Assembly: GCA_051453625.1 (NCBI GenBank)
Contig: JBOZIK010000001.1
Coordinates: 41,405,467-41,444,816, forward strand
DNA length: 39,350 nucleotides
Direction of reading: 5' to 3'
From: Welwitschia mirabilis
Taxonomy: Eukaryota
How positions within the stretch are numbered: position 1 is the first letter of the stretch; the number at the start of each line of letters is the position of its first letter. This document shows positions 13,916 to 24,715 of the stretch, one piece after another. The position numbers and the translations under genes are program-made. The notes beneath the pieces are model-generated. The model saw nothing but the letters and a program-made list of their open reading frames with translations, did no database searches and was not told the origin of the DNA.

Positions 13916-14234
13916 ATCAAAGTTCATTAGTGTACTAAAGTATTCATAATATCATTAGGATGCTCATCAGTCTGCTCACTAGTTTGTCCTGCTTCTCCAC
14001 GTCTAGTGAATCAAGAGTATCGTCAGAAAGTAAGATGTAGTTATCACGGCCTGGAAAGTTATTTATAGTTGTTGCCTGAATGTCACTATCTTATGCATAG
14101 TTTGCTAAGAAGTGAAAAAGAGAAAAAAAAAATACAAGATGGGCTATAAGCCAAATACAGAGATCACAAAATGATTGAAGAGGAAAAATATTGCAACTGA
14201 GCTAAGAAAACAGAGGATGCGAAGGAAGGAAACG

Positions 14235-15030
14235 ATGGAGGTTGAAATTGTGAAGTTACTGAATGACAAACAAGAATACAAGACGATAGTTCTTTCAAAC
14301 TACTTGAAGATCCTTCTTATCAGTGATCCTAAAATGGATACGGCTGCTACAACTACGAATGTATCTACTAGGGCATTTAGTGATCCAGATTCTTAGAAGG
14401 CTTGGCTCACTTCCTAGAACATGTGTTTTTTCTATGCAAGTGAGAAATATCTTTTGGAAGATAACTACATAAAATATCTTACAAAGCATGGAGGGAAATC
14501 AAATGCATTCATTGATGGTTGATGACTAAATCAGTTGTAAAAACATCTGATTTTAGTAGATCATACCTATCACAAATTTAGTACAAGAAACTTGGAAAGT
14601 CTCGATGTTCATGCTCGAGAAAGAGGGTTAGATATTAGACATGAGCTGCTTAAGTTCTACAATGATCATTACTCAACAAATCTTATGCACCTTGTAGTAT
14701 ATGGGAAATAGAGCATTGAAAAACTTGAAATAATGATGGACTCCAAGTTTAGTGCAATAAAAAAAAAATACTTAGAAGTCTTATTTATATTTTATGAGGA
14801 AACCTTGTCATGATGAACATATACAGATCTTGGTAAAATGTGTTCCTATGAGGGAGAAGCATACCCTGAGCATTTTATGGTCTATCACTCCTAAGCCAAA
14901 ATTCTCAAAGGAAGGGCCTTCAAAACATCTTGGCCATCTTATTGGACATGAAGCAGAAGGATCCTTATTTCCTTTGCTTAAAAGCCTTGATTGGGTAAGC
15001 AGCTTGAGTGTAGGAAAAACAGGAGAATAA
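14235..15030 (+). pseudogene. Captured fragment: N-terminal part of insulin-degrading enzyme-like M16 metallopeptidase (PXM16/IDE-like), intronless
   Basis: MEVEIVKLLNDKQEYKTIVLSNYLKILLISDP...LEGLAHFLEHVFFYASEKY (HxxEH at 14408-14422)...HKFSTRNLESL...NLMHLVVYGK...HLGHLIGHEAEGSLF. Has frameshifts, stops and an internal deletion at ~14513. Confidence 0.92.
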
Positions 15031-15780
15031 TAGGGAAGTTCATAAACTTACACTTGTATTAAACATGCTCAATCAGTGCATTATTTACTCAATTTTGTCT
15101 TCACTAATTATGGAATGTACATGTTAATGTGCTATTGCCTTATTTTGGATTGAGTTTGTATGAGAAGTATACTAGTGTTGGAAAGAATTACAACCTTTAT
15201 CAAGAATTCCAAGTGATGGAAATATTGATATTTCAAGTCGTTTGATACATTAAAAGCAAACACATGCTCATCTCATGCATTAATAAGAAAGCTTTAGGAT
15301 GCCAAAAAGATCAAAATGAAGATAAAAACTTTAAAGAAAACATGTTCATCCTGAGAAAGCCCCAAGGTTTTATCATCCTGAGAGTCATAACATTGCCTAG
15401 ATGTTCCTTTTGGAAGTACTACTACATTTTCAAATTGTTAGTCACACTGTTGAACTACATTGTGTAGGCTAAAACATGTCGATTAATTGAGATAATTCTT
15501 TTAAAGAGTAATTTCAGATTAACTTCTCCATATTGATAAAATGTGCAAGATTCATTATATTTAGGTGTGGCTGTACTAATCAAGATTTTAGTTTCTTTGT
15601 AGAATTCTCCTTCTCTATTATCTACACATAATGGCAAAGTCAGCGAATTAGTATGTGGTAGTATTTTCAAAAATGAGCAAAGCACTAGAGCTTAAAATAA
15701 TTGAAGGCTTTAAATTTAGTGGAGTAAATAGCTTCTACTATAGGTAGAAAGTTAATGCATGACACTTGTTGGATCATTAC

Positions 15781-15979
15781 TTGCATCCAATTTAAATTAC
15801 CTTCTTTAGCTTCTTGATAGATGTACATGACAAGCTAATTGATCTTTCCCTATTGAGAAATCACAAGAGGAGAACAAATCCCACTGCATCCATCACTTGG
15901 CTGAGAATCAATAGAAATACCAGTAAAATCATATCCTCTGTATTCTAATCTCTTCAAACCATTAAACAACCTCTAGAAT
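15781..15979 (-). pseudogene. GFAT: Captured fragment: N-terminal glutaminase domain of glutamine:fructose-6-phosphate amidotransferase
   Basis: Manual translation ILEV/FNGLKRLEYRGYDFTGISID...PLVISQ*GKIN*LV matches the GlmS/GFAT motif GLxRLEYRGYDSAGI. Not in the ORF track. Confidence 0.85.
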
Positions 15980-17574
15980 GTGCTTCTTGTTGATGATAAG
16001 AGCTTTGGCAAATTCTGTCTTAAAAATGCCTTGTCTATGCTTGAAGAATATAAGCAAGCATTTTCTTCCTCTAACTCCTCAAGTAAAGCCACTATTTGAA
16101 TTATTATGCACATGCACATCCTTAAAACCTTTTCATTCTTTAATATATGTTAGGACTATATCTAAAGAAGTAACTCGAAACATTCTTAACTAGACTTTAC
16201 TTGGGCATAACTAAACAACTCATGCTATCATTAAGGAATGAACTTAAGAGCGAGCAAAGATGGCAATAATCCAACTAATGGCACTAGCAGTGACATTATT
16301 AAGTAGCATCTCAAAGAGAAGGGACAGAACAGTTTCTAGAAAGCCATTTAATTTGTTATTTGAAATGTTTACTCTATGGAGATGATTTAGTAATGACACA
16401 GATCAAGAAATTGAACAAATGTTTTCATTTTTTTTTTTTTTTTGTTGGACAAGCTAGTTCCTCTCTTGCCCAATGAATTGATTGTACTACCATCTAAGAA
16501 GGAAGAAAAATTAGATATCCAACAATAGCATGGTCAATACTCAGATGAAGGAAATAATAATCTTGGACATAAGAAATTCCCCATAAATTTTTCATCTTCT
16601 ATAAATGTATTCAAATTTTAGGTAGTTTTATGGGAATCATTTTCACCATCACCACACTCTTTATTTTGGTTGTTTCTATTGCAATCCCATTAAACAAGAA
16701 GTAGGATTCATCTGCATGCCATCAGATCTATTCTTTCAATACTCAAAAGAAAAACTTATAAAAGCTCAGGTTGGATCATTTTGTAATAAAAAACCTTAGG
16801 ATGTCAAAACTGTACTATTATTACATGGCTTGGATCCCAATTCCTTCTTCTTTCTAAGAGTTCTCATTGAAATTGCTGTTAAGGGCCTTCATACTATGGC
16901 CCTTGATTTGTTAACTTTGATTTTTCAGATAAAATGGGTTTCTACAGGGACGAGAGATGTGATGAACTCATTAGAAGAATTTGAAATGATTATCTATAGA
17001 TCAAAGAAAAGAGAATTTTCTACAGCTTTGAACATATTTTAGAAACTAAATAATGTGATATGTGAAGGCACAAGGTTTTAAGGTAAATATGAACTGATAT
17101 CCATTGGATCGCAGTGCCAGTGAATTAAGCTAGAACTTAGAATAAGTCAATGAAATATTCCCAGTTTGGTTCCTCAAGTTGTCTTAAGTTTCTTTCTTTG
17201 CTTTAAACTTGAAAGTAAAGTCAGATTTGAAGTATTCAATGAGAAAATTCAAAGGAAACGTAAGCTCCAAGAGCTAAAAAAAGAATTGTGCCATTTTGTT
17301 TAGCTTCTCTGACCTGCACTCTAGTATGCTAAATCCAATGATCTACTAAAACAAGGAAAGTAATCACAGATTGGCTAATGAAAATTTACACAACTTAGTA
17401 ATTTTCATCACCATAAGAAATTAGGAGATCTACAAAAACTAGGGTTCTTTGTAATCAAAAGAACAGTGAACATACTATATAAAAACAAATAATAACTAAT
17501 AAAGCACATCCAATGTTTAGCTAAATCTTTAAGCATAGAAGAACTTGCAGCTCATGCACTATGTATACCTTAGC

Positions 17575-17745
17575 TGATTCGCGATGCATAAAAGTAAAAA
17601 GACCTTCACCAATCCTTAAAGCAAAAAGACCTTGACCAATTCGTGATGCACAGAAGTAAAAAGACCTTGGTCGATTCTCTGATTCTTGACAAACAAAAGC
17701 AAAAGACCTAATCGATTCTCTGATTATTGACACACAGAAGCAACC
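17575..17745. repeat. Degenerate short tandem repeats (~27-41 bp units, core AAAAGACCT) inside the Pack-CACTA
   Basis: Four to five imperfect units of the form GATTC...AAGYAAAAAGACCTT. Confidence 0.6.
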
Positions 17746-17979
17746 CGTGTATTATGTTTTTGAAGGAATGCGCATGAAGACCTTATTAGGACACACACCG
17801 CCAAATACCCAATGCAAAAATGCATGGCCACCTTTGCCACTGGTCTCTCATTTGCAACTAGCCATGTCGCTTGTTCTTAATACACAAAAGCATCCTATGC
17901 ATTATGTTTTCAAAGAAATGCACACGATGATTCTATTTTTATTTTTGGCAATGCTTTTACTTTTGTGTTTGCTATAATA

Positions 17980-18217
17980 CGGTGTTTTTAAGGCATTTAT
18001 CCTATCATTGTAAGGCGTTTTTAAGATCAAACTTAGCGTTTAAGGCCTTTTTCTTATTAAATTCCTTAAACGATCAATCAATTTGATTTGGCAAAAGGCC
18101 TTCAAAAGAGCATCATTGTTTTTATTCAAGGTTTTTATTAAAATAAATGCCTTAGAAATCTTTTAATTAAAGCGTTTATTTTAATAAATGCCTTAAAAGC
18201 CTATTTTTCTTGCTTTC
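17980..18217. repeat. CACTA subterminal repeats and damaged right TIR
   Basis: TTTTAAGGCATTT / AAATGCCTTAAAA copies ending in CTATTTTTCTTG (18201-18212), the near reverse complement of the left TIR. Confidence 0.82.
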
Positions 18218-20265
18218 CTTGATAGATGTATTAAGAGTGGCTTACATTTGAGTTGGGAGAAGAGTTTATTTTTAGTTGATAATAGAATTATCTTAAGTCA
18301 TTACCTTTCTAGTAAATAAGTTAGGATGAATCCCAAAAATGTATTATTAAAAACCTAACTCCTTAAACAAATGTAAAACAAGTTCAATCTTTCCTTGGTT
18401 ATTGTGATTTTTATTATCATTTTATTCAATATTATGCTAAAATTTATAAATGCTTTCACTTGTTACTTGAAAAAGAATCTAAATTTGAATGGAACAATTA
18501 TTGTTAGCTTGCTTTTGAAACAATTAAAGATAAAATCTCTTCCACACCTATTGTAATAGGACATAATTGGAATAAAGATTTTGAATTAATATGTGATGCT
18601 AGTAATATTGTCATGGATATGGTTCTTGAACAAAAATATAAAAACGATTTTAAAGTTATATCTTATCATCGCAAAACTTTATCTAAAGCTCAATCAAATT
18701 ACACTACTAGTGAGAAAGAAATATTAGTAATAATCTTTTACCTTATATACTTAAACACTATCTTTTAGGCTTTCATATAAATGTTTATACCAATCATGCA
18801 GCTATTAGATACCTTATAATCAAGAAATATTTTAGTGCTACACTCATTAGATGGATCCTCTTCATGCAAAAATCTAATATTACCATAATTGATAAAGCAA
18901 GGAAGCATAACAGTGTAGTAGATCATTTGTTATGTCTTTCTTCTTCTCTTGATGATCTTGTGATTGATGATTCTTTTCTGAATGAATAACCTTTTTCCAT
19001 ATCTTCTACTCATCCTCATAACCTTTTTCCATATCTTCTACTCATCCTCCTCCTTGATATGCTAACATATTTAATTATCTTATTACTATGAAAACATCAC
19101 AACATTGGACTTATAATCAGAGAAAATCATTTCTTCATAGAATCACTAATTATGAATAGAGCCACATCTTTACTGTAGGTGCAAAGACCAAATCATGAAA
19201 AAATATATATGCTCAAATCAAAAAAATTAGACATCCTTAATCTTTGCTATGGTGGTGTTTATAAAGGTCATTTAAGTCGATAGAAAATAATATTAAATAT
19301 TCTTTACTCTGTTTTTTATTGGCCTAGTCTTTTTTGGAGTTTTTTTTATTTTGCTAGAAGGTGTGATATCTGTCAATGTTATGATAACCATATTCATTTT
19401 CATGATATGTTTCTTAAATTTATTCTTGAAGGTAAACCTTTTAATTATAGGCCCTATTACACCACCTTATAATCATAAGAATTACATTTTAGTGTTTGTT
19501 GATTATGTTACTAAATGGATTGAATCTATTTCTACCTTTATGAATGATGCCCGAACTATTTATACTTCTATTAAAACTCATATTTTTCAATGTTTTGATT
19601 TTCCTAGAATTATCATTATGATCAAAGAACTCATTTTATTAATTAACTTTTAAGGAGACTTCTTTTATCCATTGGAATTGAACAGAGAATAGCTTATGCT
19701 TATCATCCACAAACTAATGGTCAAGCAAAAAATGCAAATAGAGAAATATAGAAAATGCTATAAAAACTTTATCTCTATTAATAAGAAATCTTGAGCTTCT
19801 AGTCTTAATGATGTTCTTTTAGCTTACCATGCTACTTGGCATAATTTTCTTGGTTTTTCACCTTATGAACTTATGTACAAAAAAGTTTGTGTTTTACTAC
19901 TTAATGTGTGTTATATCGTTCTTCTTATCAACTTAATCTTTAGATCTTCATAAAAATATTAAAAATAGATTATTCCAACTTACTTACTTAAATGAAAAAT
20001 GTACTCATGATATACATTGTCAACTCATTCACAAAATCTAATCTAGATTCAAACATGAGAAAAAGTTTCTTTATTAAAAGTTTGAGTAGGGTCAACTTGT
20101 TCTTTAATACAACGTTAGAGTACATATTTTACATAATAAGTTTACCTCTAAATGATTAGATCCTTATCTTATAAAGCAAGTACATTCTAATGGCTCTGTT
20201 AAGATTACTGACTTAGACACTAATAAGATTCAGAAAGTTAATGGATAAAGGTTGAAAATATATGA
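18218..20265 (+). pseudogene. Gypsy RT C-part, RNase H and integrase (degenerate)
   Basis: LSWEK, VQSFLGYCDFY, FELICDASN, NYTTSEKEILVI, YILVFVDYVTKWIESI, AYHPQTNGQAKNANREI and KVNG*RLKIY. Confidence 0.92.
18986..19049. repeat. Perfect 32-bp tandem duplication
   Basis: ATAACCTTTTTCCATATCTTCTACTCATCCTC twice. Confidence 0.9.
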
Positions 20266-21892
20266 AAAGCCTTTTGATGCAATTTTGAACATGATTGAAG
20301 CAATTGTTTTGGAGGTTCCCCTCAATGGTAAAGACTTCCTCTCTACCATTATTTGAATTTTCTTTTATCTTATTCCTTTGATGAATGTTATGATATTATT
20401 CGATCATCTTTAACTTGACTCATGGATTTTTTTCTCATGAAGTTTCTATGACTAGCATTTGTACCTAGGCATTTTTATATTAATAAGATTAGATTCACCT
20501 AATCTTGAGAGATTTACATGTCTATAAACTTCATTTTGAAGGAAGATGTCTTGGTTCTTGTGCTTTTTTTTTTTAATGGTGTGAGATCTTTAGTTATTTA
20601 AGTGTATTCTTTTCTATTTTTGATCTTACTTCTTCACTTTAATTTTTTTTAAAGTATGTGATCATGTAAGAATTATTCATATATAAAAAAAAAGAATAAT
20701 GATTATAATATATTGTATCTATGCTAAAATACATGATCACCATGATGTCCTATTACACTAAGGTAAATTTTTCTAAAAGGAACCTTTAGTAGTTTTGATA
20801 GCTATAGGAACTCCACTGGGGGGATCAATTAGCCATGCTTCACAGATCCTCTCTTCTTTGACTATGATTGCACTCCCTTCATTATGGAAATTAGTAACAA
20901 AAATTTAAGGGTATGGAATTAATGGTGTTCCTTATATCATTAAAAGCATTGCCTATTTTTTAGACTCTCAGTATTTCCACATGTTTTGAGATGTGAAAAA
21001 ATGAGTTCATTTCTAAAAAGCTTTTGATCTTATCATTCATTTATTTGATCACATAATCTTTGGTATCATTATAATCACTACCTTTTCAAGTGAAATTTTA
21101 TGGAGTTAATATGTTTTATTATGTATCTTTACTTAGGTGGATTTATGATGTCTTTTGAGAGGGTTTGCTAGGTTAGAATTTAGGGTAGTTAAGCTATCTC
21201 CTTCATGGTCCTTATGTTCATTTTCGTTCTCTTTTTCTTTGGTTCTTTAGTTTGTTATTTTAAAATCATTTCATACTTTTTCATCATTAACTAAAACCTT
21301 ATCATTTCATATTTTTCTTATTATTATTTTCATTTTTACTTGTTTCATTTTATCTATAAAAAATTAACTTCCTTTTATTAGTTTAATTAAATGATCTTCT
21401 CTTCTTCTTAGATGAATTTTTCATGATTTTTTAATGAGGTTCCTTTGAGTCTTATTTGGAGTTTTACGTATTTTCATGATCATTTTTAAGATTGGATATA
21501 TTTATTTAGTTTTCTTTGTCAGGCTTCCTCTTCCTTTGTATATTTTCATTGCCCTGTCTTTTGATTTCTTTGAGTATCCTTGTTCTTCATGATTCTTCAC
21601 TGTTTTCTATTTTTTGAGTTTTTTAATACATTCTGCTACCTTCACGTTGATATCTAAGCCTAACTTGTTTGGCTAATATTTTCATTTTTCTAAAAATTTT
21701 CAAAGTTCCATCATTAATCAGCTCATCCATATGACATGAAGGATAATAGCTGAGATTTTTCTAAGAGCTTTCCTAAGGCTATTGTCCAAATGATAGGACT
21801 AGACAATAGTGTGATAAAACCATGGATTTCTTTTTTACCCCTCATTTTTCTTTCATTCTCTATCATTTTCATCCATTTCTATGAGAGAGTAC

Positions 21893-22977
21893 TCTTGTGC
21901 TACCAATTTGTGGTTATTTGATGGGGTTTTATGAGCTATTTTATAAGACTTTTATATAGGTTTAGGTGAAATCTTGAGGATTTTGATGAAATGATAGAAG
22001 ATCTTAAAAATGTGAAATTATTACCTAGATTTGATGCATTTAAGATACATTCTGATGCACAAAACTCTAGAGGAATATTACTGATAAAAATGCTAAGTTT
22101 TCCTCAACAAAATGATTAAATAAGACCATTTTTCTCTCTATTTTTCCCATGATAGGTAGGATGATGACACCACTACTTGCTGATGTAGATTACTAAATCA
22201 TTGCCGAGTTATCACTCTAAGTCATCATTTATAAGGAGTTGTTGTTTCCTTTATTGTCTGGACAATAGCTGGGATGACATTGACATGTAACCGACTCTAA
22301 TGACTGACCCTTGATCATTTTATCCATTTCATATCTCTAATAAACACATCTTATCATGCCTTCTGTCTATCATTTTCTACTATAAGTTGTTACAAAAAGT
22401 TCTCCTTTGACTTTTCTTCTCACCTTTATTGCATTAGAAATTCTTGTGTCAAGAGATCAAAGGGCAGAAGATCCACCTCGAGTATTGCAGAAAGACATTT
22501 CCTCAGTGAAGGGCTATATATCCTCTATTAAGGCTCAGCTATTTTGTAACCTAGATGTTGTTACTCCTCTTAATACAAAACCTTTTTATTTTCTTTATTG
22601 CATATTATATTGTCTAATGACCCTTATGTTTTATGATTGCCTTGATCTGGTGATAATTTATTGGGTGATATAAATTATTAAGAGTAGACTTTATTAAGGC
22701 TAAAAGGAAGTAGCTTAAAATTATTTGCATTTGCATTTAGATCAGATTACATTTTTATTTGCATTTTATATTTACTTTTCTGCATTATTTTTTATTGTTG
22801 ATTCCTATTTATTTTTGAAAAGAAATCCAAGTCTCATCTTATAGTCTTCAACAAGAATATAATATTTGGGTTAATTTCCAACTATAGTAGTGTGATGTAT
22901 TGTGTAAGATATCTATTTTGGTTGTAAGTAATAAAATATTTTTTAGTATAACACTTGTATAAATACATAGCGCAATA
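21893..22977 (+). repeat. 5' LTR of nested Athila-type element
   Basis: Aligns with 26950-28023. Followed by the PBS. Confidence 0.85.
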
Positions 22978-22980
22978 AAT

Positions 22981-22998
22981 TAGCATCATTATCGAGGA
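22981..22998 (+). other. Primer binding site (tRNA-Asp type), degenerate
   Basis: TAGCATCATTATCGAGGA versus the Athila-type TGGCGCCGTTGCCGGGGA. All 7 differences are G>A or C>T. Confidence 0.75.
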
Positions 22999-23162
22999 AA
23001 ACTACTAAGGCATACAAGGGTTGTTATCATTCAGGTGAGTATATCGGACCTCTGTTTAGTTATTTATCTATAGTGATATTATATTTTATTAGGACCTATA
23101 TGTTTTCTATTTTCAGATATTTTTAGTTTTGGTTGTTTAGTATTTCTATAAAAAAATAGTGG

Positions 23163-24715
23163 TTGTCCTTGGAGACGTATATAGAAATGATTTTAGATGT
23201 CAAATCTGCAAGCAAGAGAAATGTTATGCCAACTTGTGATTTATGTGAGGACAATTATCACATCACCAAAAACGGTCCTCTATCATTAACATATAAACAA
23301 AGAATATGTGAAGAAATTTACACTTTTAACCAAACATCTCAAAACTTTAGAAAGTAAAATCAGAGATGGCCTAGGTTGAATACTCATTTTAAAAATAATT
23401 TTTGACCTTTTAGAAACTGATTTGAAAACTTAAACTCTCAACAAGGACCATTAAACTTCAAACATCCAAATGATCAACTCACAAACCTTATGAATGAAAA
23501 TTAGAAAATCAAATACCAACATGGAAGACCCACTAAACATCCTTCAACAAATAATATTGGCAAACTAAAGACCTCAAGGAATATTAGCTATACAACCTTT
23601 ATTAAATCACAATGAGATGAGAAAAGATTATAACATTGTGGCAAGAAGTGGACAAGAAACAAATACTCTTCCATGTAAACCTTCATCTTCCCAAAATGAT
23701 TTTAGAAATAATGAAGAAAAAGAGGAAGAGGACATTAAAATATTAGAATATTATAATTTCCCTTCTCTTGGTAACAAGAAAAAGAAAAATTCTTCTCATG
23801 ATAATCTTAATAACAATTCAACCTTCAATGAACATCTTAAAGCCTTGAGGAAAAACATGAGCATAAACTTATCCTTTTGGAAACTCTTACACCAAAATCT
23901 GGGGTACTCCAAACTTTAAAAATATGTAATAAGAAAACAAAAATGAGTCATCCCTAGCAAAGTCTTTCTAGCATAGTCCCTCACAAATTTAGTGTTACAA
24001 AAATCACCAAAATTTAAAGATTCAAGAGCAACAATGGTGAATGTTACTTTAGAGGGAAACAAAAAGATTAGAAAAGACTTAATAGACATTAAAGCAAGTG
24101 TTAATATTATTCCACTTTATATTTGTAAATAACTTGATTTGAAGGATAGGATAGAGCCTCCTTTAGTTGTCTTAGAATTAGCAAACACTTTAGTTAAGAA
24201 ACCATTAGGTATCATGAAAGACTTGGTAATACAAATTAAAGAGGTTTGCTACCTAATAGATGTGATTATTATAGAAGTTAAATATAATGGAGGTTATCCT
24301 TTACTTCTAAGACAAGTCTTTTATGAAATAACCCACTGCATCATTAATACAAGAGCAAGAACAATGAAATATCACTTTGGAAATAGAATTTTTATGATTA
24401 GAGTTTTTGATGCAACTAAAAAAGATTTTTTTAATGATGAAATAAACTTAAAAGATAACATTAAACCAACTTTATTCCTGTAACATCACCCACTCAAAGA
24501 AAGTGAGATGAAATCACATGAGCCTATGCTTCATGATAATCCACTTGAAATTGAAAATAAAGAAGAAATCAAACCTTATAATATAAGAAAGTTCAACTTT
24601 TAAACTCACACCTTGAGGGAGATTGTCCATTACATAAACTAATTAAAAATCATAATTTAAATTTGAATCTTAAAAACCTTTCTAATGGACTTGAATATGA
24701 TGTTTTTTGTAATAT
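23163..24715 (+). pseudogene. Truncated gag (zinc knuckle remnant) and aspartic protease of nested element
   Basis: CDLCEDNYH knuckle-like motif, DLIDIKASVNIIPLY, and LELANTLVKKPLGIMKDLVIQI...YPLLLRQVF. Confidence 0.8.

Larger units (their letters stand above)
11448..18217 (-). mobile_element. Non-autonomous CACTA (En/Spm) DNA transposon carrying host gene fragments (Pack-CACTA)
   Basis: Left TIR CACTATAAGAAATATAG. Right end CTATTTTTCTTG + CTTTC (terminal TAGTG lost). TSD CTT at 11445-11447 and 18218-18220. Subterminal TTTTAAGGCATTT repeats at both ends. Gypsy RT rejoins as LEKVL|DRCIKSGLHLSWEK. Orientation inferred from the related element at 31722. Confidence 0.9.

Noticed and set aside
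13450-15979. Interpretation as a functional host metabolic gene cluster
   Set aside because: All three are partial, frameshifted and contain stops, and they lie inside a transposon.
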